A stretch of 15,654 nucleotides of DNA from a virus (lineage: Duplodnaviria > Heunggongvirae > Uroviricota > Caudoviricetes), in IMG/VR virus record IMGVR_UViG_2585427782_000009. One strand, given 5' to 3'. Positions within the stretch are counted from its first letter, which is position 1; every line of letters begins with the position of its first letter. A model generated the notes under the pieces. It searched no databases and was not told the origin of the DNA. It was given only the letters and a program-made list of their open reading frames with translations. The position numbers and the translations under genes are program-made. This document shows, one piece after another, positions 9,101 through 15,654 of this stretch.

Positions 9101-9193
9101 ACTCACGGCTGACCCCAGAAGAAAACTAACGTCTTTACCTTTCCGAATATCCAATACCAAAGACTTTACAAATTCAGTATAAGAATTAAACAT
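6158..9193 (-). CDS. SIR2-like (SIR2_2-type) NAD+-hydrolase domain protein of about 1,011 aa with a long C-terminal region; candidate single-gene anti-phage defence protein carried as prophage hotspot cargo
   Basis: Long minus-strand ORF (track 6158..9286, TTG start). I place the start at the ATG at 9193 (MFNSYTEFVKSL...), which has an AAGGGA ribosome-binding site about 8 nt upstream. N-terminal motifs FLLGSAVS, ILTTNFDPLIEEAL, VVHLHGV and YVIGYAGWDD resemble the conserved blocks of bacterial defence sirtuins (ThsA, DSR1, DSR2). The gene is visibly AT-rich compared with flanking phage genes and has no partner gene in the hotspot. Confidence 0.8.
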   Translation of the reverse strand: MFNSYTEFVKSLVLDIRKGKDVSFLLGSAVSCSPEGNGVPGVSGMNDILRQYMIDLDIYDGFESNIIGLSETDKYQKSFEYLLKVGDQDEVKEIMALAMNNARSGDKWLITKSLDDFSRLISETSIKVKCILTTNFDPLIEEALFRVNRNCNVHNLIVDQPIGSVTSYSGESIPVVHLHGVWDGDTMHTQTQLSSLRKKIELSIKNILDTSKLYVIGYAGWDDVFLQALRNIVHEFQPSYNVRWGFYKNSIDDVSKEHSRLIEIIQPALVNARFQGYVGVDCNTYFEDALAEISKKKQLSKFVVKKTGLQPITESIVISLRPYNLSVEPAHDIIRLVEQKKATDYLNNNNHFELVSGWGYGKAGFLYSFIHDEFYDFTCYYSDVNGLTESRDIEVKIKQDIGIDIATFISNNGLGKRILILDNIARLPPSTKAFFSEIAKLSSDLSSGVKVIFVSATCNGICSGIVELQPLSLDDIKEYIKVGTDITEIKREKLDRLYEITNGIPLKLDKVKEYYELMSFDEVLDAGNIVVSAEGTNTDIPHYISKQINEIRSDNRKLYSLLCIFSMLEYGEKLTNIRSYYSSYDFHFDDFAKLERYGLIYTITKDNYKMLRISPVVSDFVKQGMDPNQRYELVKKSLGLCIGSDWMSGKVRVSPTVKMMLESPEFYPGNVHSAISSYFSLIDINHYDREVKSLIHVSIGYCIFLKSACYYKELVAFSRMLYSNISHLDILDKFRAAYFLATSLRMIDEVEQSVEFIEPLSDEFEAKEFCQKEYYFKMLDNIMMACSEYNDEKARKYAIKLKKIAPKSSSYYINAEVHLADELSHGKRLNKLISLEKKSRAAGYNTLANNISIKLHYLFSGSSFKYIDNAIKNEGGVYTKARALLVKYEELVRCGEFEKIDAEGVRELKAVYDYLFLQRLDELFNRCTDVLWQLMKAYRDVNGLYYLFKRGSVIWRVTSSYDKELEYAKELNEQQFDISGGGDDMKYLSIRLSFLALKVERDKCLIDAPTL

Positions 9194-9375
9194 TAAGCAA
9201 TCCCTTTCGTTATATGACGAAACTACAAGCAGAGAATTTCTGATAATTTTTACATTATGAAACCAAAGCATCAACACATAATACAAAACAAAAATAACTT
9301 ATTGATTTGTATATAATTTCCATTATAAGTCTACACGTAATGCTACAGGAGCATTTTGAAGACCACTCCCCGCTT

Positions 9376-11478
9376 TTATATAAAATCACCAATCATGAGT
9401 AAACATGAATCTAGGGAGCGAGCTGTGTCTCGCAGATAATTTTGTGTCCTTAGACCGTGTTTTAGTGCACCTCTGAGCGCCCTCACGACCTCCGGGTCAT
9501 TCCATTCGATAACACCGTCATCAACCAGATTAAGCACTGCTGCGGCGTGCTCAGAAGGCGTGGGAGCCGGTAACGAAGTATCACCACCGGTGAGCTTTCC
9601 ACAGTTATTGACAGGACTCCGAGGCGCGGCGATGCCGCTTTTTAAAGTCAAAGGCTCAACGACCGGAACTTTCGGCACAATGCGCCAATCCGTGGTTCTG
9701 GTGATATGAATATGACGCGCGCCGAGATGCGGTGCGTAAATGCCGACCACTCTCTCGACTTCTTCCTCGTACTCGTTAACGTCATCCGACGGGCTACGGG
9801 CGACTCTGACAGTCTGACAATCGCGCGGAACATTTGCCCCACCCTGCGCGCTGATATACAACGCAAAATCACCACTGTCTGCGGCGGCGCGTGCAGCCTC
9901 GACGCGCTCGTCAAACTCATCAGCAATGCTGACGCCGCGCGGCAATTTGCGTAGTTCACGGTAAGCCCCCATTGTCGGCAGGCCAACCGTTTTAAATTGC
10001 GGGATGCGCCACGTTGACGCCCATGCGGTAACAGCCGCTGCAGTGTCTTTCAGCGGCCTGCCGGTATCGTTATCGAGCTGACCATCCAGTGCATAGCCGT
10101 CGATGTTTTTTGAAATGTATTTCGCGATATATCCCGCAGCACCGCCCCGGTTAAGGTGTTTTGCCTGAAAACGGTTTCGCGCGGCTCCTCTTTCGTCGCC
10201 ATCCTCTTTGAGCGCATAGCGACGCATGATTTCGATAATCTGGTTGCGCTGGCGTGGATTACAAAAAAGCATCATATGCCAGTGCGGCGTTCCGTCGTGG
10301 TGTGGCTCGACGACACGCAAACCGTAGACCTGTAAATCATTATCCTTGAATGCCGTGCGCATCAGGCTCCAGATACGGCAGAGATAACGCTGCGCATCCT
10401 TTGGATTAAATGCCTCATCGTTCCAGCCGTGATTAAGCTGAACGGTTTTACTTTCGCCTTTTCTGACCTGACGTGTCGGGTGATACTTTGACGGCGCGGT
10501 CAGCGTGATAAACATCCCCACATCACCCTCTGCGGCAGCGTAACGCTCAATACCGGCGATGGTGTTCATCAGCTCCATCCGGCGAATTTCTGGATTAGAA
10601 ATACTGCCCATCACCTTACTGATAAGGTCGATGCGCTCGCCGGTTTCCCTGTTTTCGAGGTCACACGATTTAAGAAATTCCAGATTTGCCTGGCGGCGCG
10701 CACGCACATCACGAATGGCATGTTTACTGGCATAAGGAGAACGGTCTTTATTGACCTCCCCGACAGCAATCAGTAACGCCTCATGCCAGCGCATACGCTG
10801 GCCTTTAAGCTGATGAGTCCACCACTCATCGTTAAACAGGCGGGCAATGGCAGAATATGCCTGCCTCGTGGTCATCTGCCCTTTACGGTATTTTTTCCAG
10901 TAAAGCGGGGAAATATTGAAAGCACGTGCAGCGCCAGCAACATGACCATAGAGGTGAGCCTGCGCCTCATCCGTAAACAGCGATTCTTTTTCGCCATGTG
11001 CATCAACCCAGGCATCGCAGAGTTCCTCATACATCATGAAAAGCTGCGATGAGATACGGGCAGCAAACTTTTTCAGCTCCTTGTCATTCATCCCCGGCAG
11101 GCGCGCATACTGGTCGCGCTCTGCCAGAAACAGCAACGACGCGTCGGTGTTCATTTCATGGCGCTGATTCACACGCTCAATGCGCGGCCATAAACGACGC
11201 TGAAAAGTGGATGTGAGGAAATAAAACCCGTGCACCGGGCTTTTATTGCGCCGGATGTAGTCATAGCGTGAAGTAAACAGCGAGCGCAAAAAGTAAGGCA
11301 GACGGTTAATCGTGGATAAAACCCCTTGCACCTGACGCATCTCGTCACGTGTAAGGGGTCTTTCGCGCCCGACAGCCTCGCGTGGCGCGTTCCATGCATA
11401 AGCACCGGTAAACGCCTTACCGGTGCCTGCGGCAAATGCTGACGGAGGGACAAAACGCCCGGAGGCTTTAACGGCCAT
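9376..11478 (-). CDS. A: Replication initiation protein gpA (rolling-circle initiator)
   Basis: 700-aa product from the first ATG (11478; MAVKASGRFVPPSAFAAGTGK...), matching my memory of the P2 gpA N-terminus. The track ORF begins at an upstream TTG (11520). Last gene of the early operon, as in P2. Confidence 0.9.
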   Translation of the reverse strand: MAVKASGRFVPPSAFAAGTGKAFTGAYAWNAPREAVGRERPLTRDEMRQVQGVLSTINRLPYFLRSLFTSRYDYIRRNKSPVHGFYFLTSTFQRRLWPRIERVNQRHEMNTDASLLFLAERDQYARLPGMNDKELKKFAARISSQLFMMYEELCDAWVDAHGEKESLFTDEAQAHLYGHVAGAARAFNISPLYWKKYRKGQMTTRQAYSAIARLFNDEWWTHQLKGQRMRWHEALLIAVGEVNKDRSPYASKHAIRDVRARRQANLEFLKSCDLENRETGERIDLISKVMGSISNPEIRRMELMNTIAGIERYAAAEGDVGMFITLTAPSKYHPTRQVRKGESKTVQLNHGWNDEAFNPKDAQRYLCRIWSLMRTAFKDNDLQVYGLRVVEPHHDGTPHWHMMLFCNPRQRNQIIEIMRRYALKEDGDERGAARNRFQAKHLNRGGAAGYIAKYISKNIDGYALDGQLDNDTGRPLKDTAAAVTAWASTWRIPQFKTVGLPTMGAYRELRKLPRGVSIADEFDERVEAARAAADSGDFALYISAQGGANVPRDCQTVRVARSPSDDVNEYEEEVERVVGIYAPHLGARHIHITRTTDWRIVPKVPVVEPLTLKSGIAAPRSPVNNCGKLTGGDTSLPAPTPSEHAAAVLNLVDDGVIEWNDPEVVRALRGALKHGLRTQNYLRDTARSLDSCLLMIGDFI

Positions 11479-11743
11479 ATGAGCCAAAAGCCTCTGAACA
11501 ACGCCTGCTGAGTTGCTCAACCTGCGCGTTTAAATCAGCAAAAGACTTTGCGCTTCCGGTCAGAATATCGTGATGCATCAGGCCGGAAACGAGCTGGCTT
11601 AATTTCGGATAATAACCAACCACCGCCAGCCATTCCTGACCGGCGTTTTTACCGCTTTCCGCTCTCTTTTTCTCGTGGAGAATAAACTGAAAGCTGTCAC
11701 TGGTAACGACATAACGTTCGCCAATTTCAATACGAATACTCAT
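11468..11743 (-). CDS. Hypothetical early-operon protein (positional equivalent of P2 orf83)
   Basis: 91-aa ATG-initiated ORF whose start overlaps the upstream stop (ATGA) and whose end overlaps the A start. The orf numbering is by position only. Confidence 0.65.
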   Translation of the reverse strand: MSIRIEIGERYVVTSDSFQFILHEKKRAESGKNAGQEWLAVVGYYPKLSQLVSGLMHHDILTGSAKSFADLNAQVEQLSRRCSEAFGSYGR

Positions 11744-11964
11744 GCCGTTCTCCGGTAATGTTTGTTTTTTGCTTCAAAGACTGACTGGCAGGAAACACAA
11801 CGCGTGGCTGACGGATAAGCCGCACGACGGGCAGCAGGTATTGGCGCGTCACACTCTTCGCAAACCAGCGCAGAAGCACCGCAATGTTTTACCCTTGCCG
11901 CGTTAATCTGGCGCTCCAGTAATTCAGCCTGTTGTTCCTGAATGAAATCTACGTTGTCCGGCAT
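11740..11964 (-). CDS. TraR/DksA-family C4 zinc-finger protein (positional equivalent of P2 orf82)
   Basis: 74-aa ORF with a CxxC...CxxC arrangement (CEECDAPIP...CVSCQSVFE), characteristic of phage and plasmid TraR-like zinc fingers. Start overlaps the upstream stop. Confidence 0.7.
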   Translation of the reverse strand: MPDNVDFIQEQQAELLERQINAARVKHCGASALVCEECDAPIPAARRAAYPSATRCVSCQSVFEAKNKHYRRTA

Positions 11965-12266
11965 TACCAGTTCCTTTTGTCGTTCAGTTTCTTAAATTCA
12001 TCAGCGCAATAGCTGACGATTTCTGTCGTTAATTTTGTCAGTTCATCCACGGAGGAAATTTGCTTGTGGAATACAGCGCGTTTAACAAGTAAATTGACCA
12101 CATCAGACAGGAGGTTTAATTCATTCTGATAAATCGCGATAACAGATTCAGTTATGTCGCGTTTTTCTTTATCAAGACAAAGTTGAATAAGAGACAAATC
12201 ACCATTTCCCATAACGGCGATTTTTAAGGCGTTATTCAGTAATACAACTGAATGAGAACAGGACAT
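11964..12266 (-). CDS. Hypothetical early-operon protein (positional equivalent of P2 orf81)
   Basis: 100-aa product from the ATG at 12266, with a GGAGG ribosome-binding site 9 nt upstream. ATGA overlap with the preceding ORF. The track start is a TTG one codon upstream. Confidence 0.6.
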   Translation of the reverse strand: MSCSHSVVLLNNALKIAVMGNGDLSLIQLCLDKEKRDITESVIAIYQNELNLLSDVVNLLVKRAVFHKQISSVDELTKLTTEIVSYCADEFKKLNDKRNW

Positions 12267-12490
12267 CAAAGCACCTCCCCGCGAGACAATCCGATATTGT
12301 GAAATTTTTCCGACTCCTGACTGAGCAGCTCGACTATCTCCACGCGGGATAACTCCGCCTTTGTGATGTGGCGAATCATGGCGTCAAGATGAGAAGAAAA
12401 GCGCGTCGCAGCGTCGGCCTGTGCTTCGGTTCTGGCCTGTTGCAGCAGTAATGCGTATTTACCGCACTGATTTTCAGAAACTGTATGCAT
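12266..12490 (-). CDS. Hypothetical early-operon protein (positional equivalent of P2 orf80)
   Basis: 74-aa product from the ATG at 12490 (MHTVSENQ...), with a GGAGAAAG ribosome-binding site. The track ORF extends further upstream from a non-ATG start. Confidence 0.55.
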   Translation of the reverse strand: MHTVSENQCGKYALLLQQARTEAQADAATRFSSHLDAMIRHITKAELSRVEIVELLSQESEKFHNIGLSRGEVL

Positions 12491-12553
12491 GACTTTCTCC
12501 AGGCAAAAAGAAACCCCGCACAATTAAGTGCGTTAAAAACTCTGGTTAATTAT

Positions 12554-13054
12554 TTAATGCAGATATTGCTCTGGTTTTACCGACGTCAGAATTGTCGGTG
12601 CATACTCAAACAGGCTGAATAATTCACGTAATGCACGGAATAAAGCATCACGCCAGTAACATGATTCTTCATTAATTCGCCAGTATGGCTGGTTAAATTC
12701 TTTTTCTGTCAGTCGTGCGTGCATAAATAAAGTACGGCGCTGACTGACGGTTAAAAAACTAATATATGCATACTCACTTGCGCCAACCTGACGGCGTTTT
12801 GAGAATGCCCCACGCAGTTCATCAATTGCACAAACCAGCCGTTCACGTTCGACGTCGTTCATTTCTTCAAAACGCATCGTTGCGTGACGTTGTTTTAACT
12901 GCGCATGAAAGCAAACTGTTAGCCGTTCGCGCTCCATCATCTGATTATAATAATCACATGTATCCTGCCAGCGAGGGACGGCAAGATGCTTACCAATTAT
13001 CCGGCGCATAGCTGCTGGCTGTTTTTCGACGAGATTGAGCGTCATCACTGTCAT
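12554..13054 (-). CDS. B: Replication protein gpB (helicase-loader-like)
   Basis: 166-aa ORF, the same length as P2 gpB, at the P2 position between cox/orf78 and the small ORFs. Start overlaps the upstream stop (ATGA). Confidence 0.85.
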   Translation of the reverse strand: MTVMTLNLVEKQPAAMRRIIGKHLAVPRWQDTCDYYNQMMERERLTVCFHAQLKQRHATMRFEEMNDVERERLVCAIDELRGAFSKRRQVGASEYAYISFLTVSQRRTLFMHARLTEKEFNQPYWRINEESCYWRDALFRALRELFSLFEYAPTILTSVKPEQYLH

Positions 13055-13221
13055 TTCCAGACCCTCCGGCTTTTCAGAAAGGTCAGAGCCTTTTTTAACG
13101 GACTCTGTTTTTTGGTGCGGATAATGATTCCCTTACGCCCCTTACCGTGGGTGATGGTGAAGTCAATCGCCCTGGGGCTTTCGTTACGCAATAACTGAGC
13201 AATACAACGAGGCTCATTCAT
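13051..13221 (-). CDS. Hypothetical small protein (positional equivalent of P2 orf78)
   Basis: 56-aa product from the ATG at 13221, which has a perfect AAGGAG ribosome-binding site 7 nt upstream. The track ORF begins at an upstream GTG (13245) overlapping the cox stop. Confidence 0.55.
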   Translation of the reverse strand: MNEPRCIAQLLRNESPRAIDFTITHGKGRKGIIIRTKKQSPLKKALTFLKSRRVWK

Positions 13222-13231
13222 ACGGTTCTCC

Positions 13232-13507
13232 TTAACGTGGTTCACCGAGACCTAACCACATCAACCAGCCGTCACGAATCTCTTTAGGACGGCTTTCATA
13301 AGCCAGTTTTAGTCCGTTATTCCATGCCGGAAGGTATACCCAATATTCACCAGCACGCCCCGATACTGACTGAGGGTCAGTAATCTCAATAACTGGTAAT
13401 TTCCCTTTCTCAATCATGCCCCTTACAGCTCTTGGAGTTTTACCAATGAGTTTTGCAAACTCCTGATAAGGCACGGCATCAGTCACGCTTACAAGCTGTC
13501 TATTCAT
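13232..13507 (-). CDS. cox: Cox (excision directionality factor and repressor of the lysogenic promoter)
   Basis: 91-aa ORF, the same length as P2 Cox, first gene of the early operon and divergent from C. The C-terminal portion (...GRAGEYWVYLPAWNNGLKLAYESRPKEIRDGWLMWLGLGEPR) matches my memory of P2 Cox. Confidence 0.85.
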   Translation of the reverse strand: MNRQLVSVTDAVPYQEFAKLIGKTPRAVRGMIEKGKLPVIEITDPQSVSGRAGEYWVYLPAWNNGLKLAYESRPKEIRDGWLMWLGLGEPR

Positions 13508-13532
13508 CTGCTACGATTCTCCCTTAGTGCTT

Positions 13533-13551
13533 CTAATGGCTCCTAATGGCT
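13533..13551. promoter_or_regulatory. Candidate immunity operator: two direct repeats CTAATGGCT spaced 10 bp apart in the cox-C intergenic switch region
   Basis: Read directly: CTAATGGCT at about 13533-13541 and 13543-13551. The P2 C repressor is known to bind direct repeats overlapping the early promoter. Functional assignment is an inference. Confidence 0.45.
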
Positions 13552-13628
13552 AATTATTGCCTAAAAGGATAACTCCAGAAGCACAACATTTCACACTATC
13601 AGCAAGAAATTACGCAATCGGAGTAATT

Positions 13629-13928
13629 ATGTCAATAGACGTTTCGGAGAAGTTGAAGCTAATCCGTGAATCTGAAAGGTTAAACCGTAAAGAATTCAGT
13701 GAATTAACTGGTGTAGCCTACAGCTCACTTTCGAGCTATGAGAGCCGGTCAAAAAACGCTGGAGTTGAAGCCATAATGAAGGTCTTACAACATCCTAGAT
13801 TTACTAAATATACTTTGTGGTTCATGACTGATCAGGTAGCTCCAGAAGCCGGGCAAATTGCGCCCGCTCTCGCACACTTTGGGCAAAACGAAACAACGTC
13901 GCCCCACTCCGGTCAAAAGACTGGTTAA
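13629..13928 (+). CDS. C: Immunity repressor C (P2 C family)
   Basis: 99-aa product from the ATG at 13629 (GGAG ribosome-binding site 7 nt upstream), the same length as P2 C. The C-terminal half (...FTKYTLWFMTDQVAPEAGQIAPALAHFGQNETTSPHSGQKTG) matches my memory of P2 C; the N-terminal half differs. The 123-aa track ORF starts at an upstream TTG. Confidence 0.85.
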   Translation: MSIDVSEKLKLIRESERLNRKEFSELTGVAYSSLSSYESRSKNAGVEAIMKVLQHPRFTKYTLWFMTDQVAPEAGQIAPALAHFGQNETTSPHSGQKTG

Positions 13929-14043
13929 CAATTTATCGTGAATATATTCATCACAAGTGCCTACTATTGGTGGCTAAATTTCAGCCACCACGAAAAAAGC
14001 GATTAGTAGTAGCAAAAAAAAGTACCACTCGGAGGGTTTTCTG

Positions 14044-15057
14044 ATGGCAATCAAAAAACTCGATGATGGTCGATATGAAGTGGACATCCGCCCTACTGGA
14101 CGTAACGGAAAACGCATCCGTAGGAAGTTTGATAAGAAAAGCGAAGCTGTCGCTTTCGAAAAATACACGTTGTACAACCACCACAATAAAGAATGGCTAT
14201 CAAAACCAACAGACAAACGACGTCTGTCGGAACTGACACAGATCTGGTGGGATTTAAAGGGTCAACACGAAGAGCATGGGAAATCTAATCTTGGAAAAAT
14301 TGAAATCTTCACAAAAATAACGAATGACCCATGCGCATTTCAAATCACGAAATCCCTTATCAGCCAGTACTGCGCCACCCGAAGAAGTCAGGGTATTAAA
14401 CCTTCGAGTATCAATCGTGATTTAACATGTATTAGCGGCATGTTTACAGCCCTGATTGAAGCGGAGTTATTCTTTGGTGAGCACCCTATCAGAGGGACAA
14501 AGAGGCTTAAGGAGGAAAAACCAGAAACAGGCTATCTCACACAGGAAGAAATTGCCTTACTGCTTGCAGCACTTGACGGCGACAATAAAAAGATTGCGAT
14601 TCTTTGCCTGAGTACAGGAGCACGTTGGGGAGAAGCAGCTCGTTTGAAAGCAGAAAATATCATCCATAACCGCGTCACGTTTGTTAAAACGAAAACAAAC
14701 AAACCACGCACCGTCCCGATTTCAGAGGCTGTTGCCAAAATGATCGCGGATAACAAACGAGGTTTTTTATTCCCTGATGCTGATTACCCTCGCTTCAGAC
14801 GAACAATGAAAGCAATAAAACCGGATTTGCCAATGGGGCAAGCCACACATGCACTAAGGCACAGCTTTGCCACTCATTTCATGATTAATGGAGGAAGTAT
14901 TATCACGCTACAACGGATACTAGGTCACACGCGGATTGAGCAAACTATGGTTTACGCTCATTTTGCGCCAGAGTACCTTCAGGACGCCATTTCTCTTAAT
15001 CCGCTAAGAGGTGGTACTGAGGCCGAGAGTGTCCACACAGTGTCCACAGTAGAGTAA
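14044..15057 (+). CDS. int: Tyrosine site-specific integrase (P2 Int family)
   Basis: 337-aa ORF (MAIKKLDDGRYEVDIRPTGRNGKRIRRKFDKKSEAVAFEKY...) with the same length as P2 Int. C-terminal catalytic-type residues are present (ARWGEA..., HALRHSFAT..., RILGHTRIEQTMVYAH). GGAGGG ribosome-binding site. The 3' end faces attR. Confidence 0.95.
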   Translation: MAIKKLDDGRYEVDIRPTGRNGKRIRRKFDKKSEAVAFEKYTLYNHHNKEWLSKPTDKRRLSELTQIWWDLKGQHEEHGKSNLGKIEIFTKITNDPCAFQITKSLISQYCATRRSQGIKPSSINRDLTCISGMFTALIEAELFFGEHPIRGTKRLKEEKPETGYLTQEEIALLLAALDGDNKKIAILCLSTGARWGEAARLKAENIIHNRVTFVKTKTNKPRTVPISEAVAKMIADNKRGFLFPDADYPRFRRTMKAIKPDLPMGQATHALRHSFATHFMINGGSIITLQRILGHTRIEQTMVYAHFAPEYLQDAISLNPLRGGTEAESVHTVSTVE

Positions 15058-15136
15058 CGTTTAAGGGCTTTCAGTGGTAATTTATGCCGCTCAAACCCGC
15101 ATTGTACCGTTGAAAGCCCCTACTGGTGACACCCTA

Positions 15137-15164
15137 AATCTCCCTTACACGGGCTTATTTTTTA
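15137..15164. repeat. attR core: second copy of the 28-bp direct repeat
   Basis: aatctcccttacacgggcttatttttta is identical to the copy at the cyaR 3' end. It is followed by ATGCATAAGCCC, which forms an inverted repeat with GGGCTTAT. Confidence 0.8.
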
Positions 15165-15321
15165 TGCATAAGCCCTATCCCTGGTCACCGTCTTCCATTG
15201 ACCACATCGATAGAATCTCCCTTCATAGCACGATGCCTTTCACGTAACGGCATCGTGCTCGCACAGGTTCCGGCTAAGCACAACCAGAACGCACATATTT
15301 GACGCTTACCAAAAAATATTC

Positions 15322-15639
15322 TCACTCTCCACATTTGAATGTCAGACGAGCGACACCATGTAATCCTACACCTTCTGTCTTCAGCTCAACTATTTGCATT
15401 TTTTTGCCCTGAGTAACACAGAAATGGGCTGCATCATTTTTTACTATATTTTCTGCACCAGATATTCTACCCCTGGCTAAAGAAGCTTCGGCTTCGGTGT
15501 AGTATTGGTTATCGAGTTTACGCTGAATATTACTTTTATATGCAAGGCCAAATTTACCGATACTTGTCTCATCATTATGCACAGCACAACCAGACATAAG
15601 AAAAACACTAATTAATGATATAGCAGCTATTTTATTCAC
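15322..15639 (-). CDS. yegR: Small lipoprotein YegR (uncharacterised)
   Basis: Signal peptide with a lipobox (AISLISVFLMSGC). The 105-aa product from the GTG at 15639 matches the length I recall for E. coli YegR. The track ORF runs to an ATG at the window edge (15654), so the true start is uncertain. Confidence 0.65.
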   Translation of the reverse strand: MNKIAAISLISVFLMSGCAVHNDETSIGKFGLAYKSNIQRKLDNQYYTEAEASLARGRISGAENIVKNDAAHFCVTQGKKMQIVELKTEGVGLHGVARLTFKCGE

Positions 15640-15654
15640 CTCACCTTCCCCCAT

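Larger units (their letters stand above)
1507..15164. mobile_element. Defective P2-like prophage (about 13.7 kb) integrated at the cyaR 3' end; large internal deletion of late genes; carries a SIR2-like cargo gene
   Basis: Bounded by 28-bp direct repeats. Gene content and order follow a P2 prophage (ogr, D', O', P, Q, cos, hotspot cargo, A, orf83-80-like, B, orf78-like, cox, C, int). Everything between O and D is absent. Confidence 0.85.

Noticed and set aside
6158-9193. Calling the cargo protein ThsA (Thoeris)
   Set aside because: ThsA is about 480 aa with a C-terminal SLOG domain and needs an adjacent TIR-domain ThsB. Here the protein is about 1,000 aa with no partner gene, so only the SIR2 domain is shared.
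13557-13628. N-terminal extension of C from a TTG start (the 123-aa track ORF)
   Set aside because: The ATG at 13629 gives the 99-aa P2 C length and has a GGAG ribosome-binding site; the extension would run through the operator and promoter region.
1507-15164. Interpreting the element as a P4-like satellite
   Set aside because: int, C, cox, B, A, ogr, P and Q all follow P2 phage organisation; no sid, psu, delta, epsilon or alpha-primase genes are present. It is a deleted P2-like prophage.
1-15654. CRISPR arrays, rRNA or tRNA genes, IS elements
   Set aside because: No regularly spaced direct repeats, no rRNA- or tRNA-like segments, and no transposase-like ORFs or terminal inverted repeats other than the prophage att repeats.

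Overview
The window is an Enterobacteriaceae (E. coli-like) chromosomal locus, yegQ - cyaR - [13.7 kb insert] - yegR, in which the insert is a defective P2-like prophage. The prophage is integrated at the 3' end of the cyaR sRNA gene and is bounded by a 28-bp direct repeat (attL about 1507-1534, attR about 15137-15164). It keeps ogr, a 3' fragment of tail gene D fused by deletion to a truncated capsid-scaffold gene O, terminase P, portal Q, the 19-nt cos site, the early operon (cox, orf78-like, B, four small ORFs, A), the C repressor and int. Roughly 20 kb of head, tail and lysis genes are missing. Between cos and the 3' end of gene A, where P2 carries old and tin, sits an AT-rich cargo gene encoding a protein of about 1,011 aa with an N-terminal SIR2-like NADase domain. 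This is the best candidate for an undescribed or poorly characterised single-gene anti-phage system. All protein identifications are from reading the translations and from memory of P2 and E. coli K-12 sequences; no database search was run. Hand-counted coordinates for non-ORF features may be off by a base or two.
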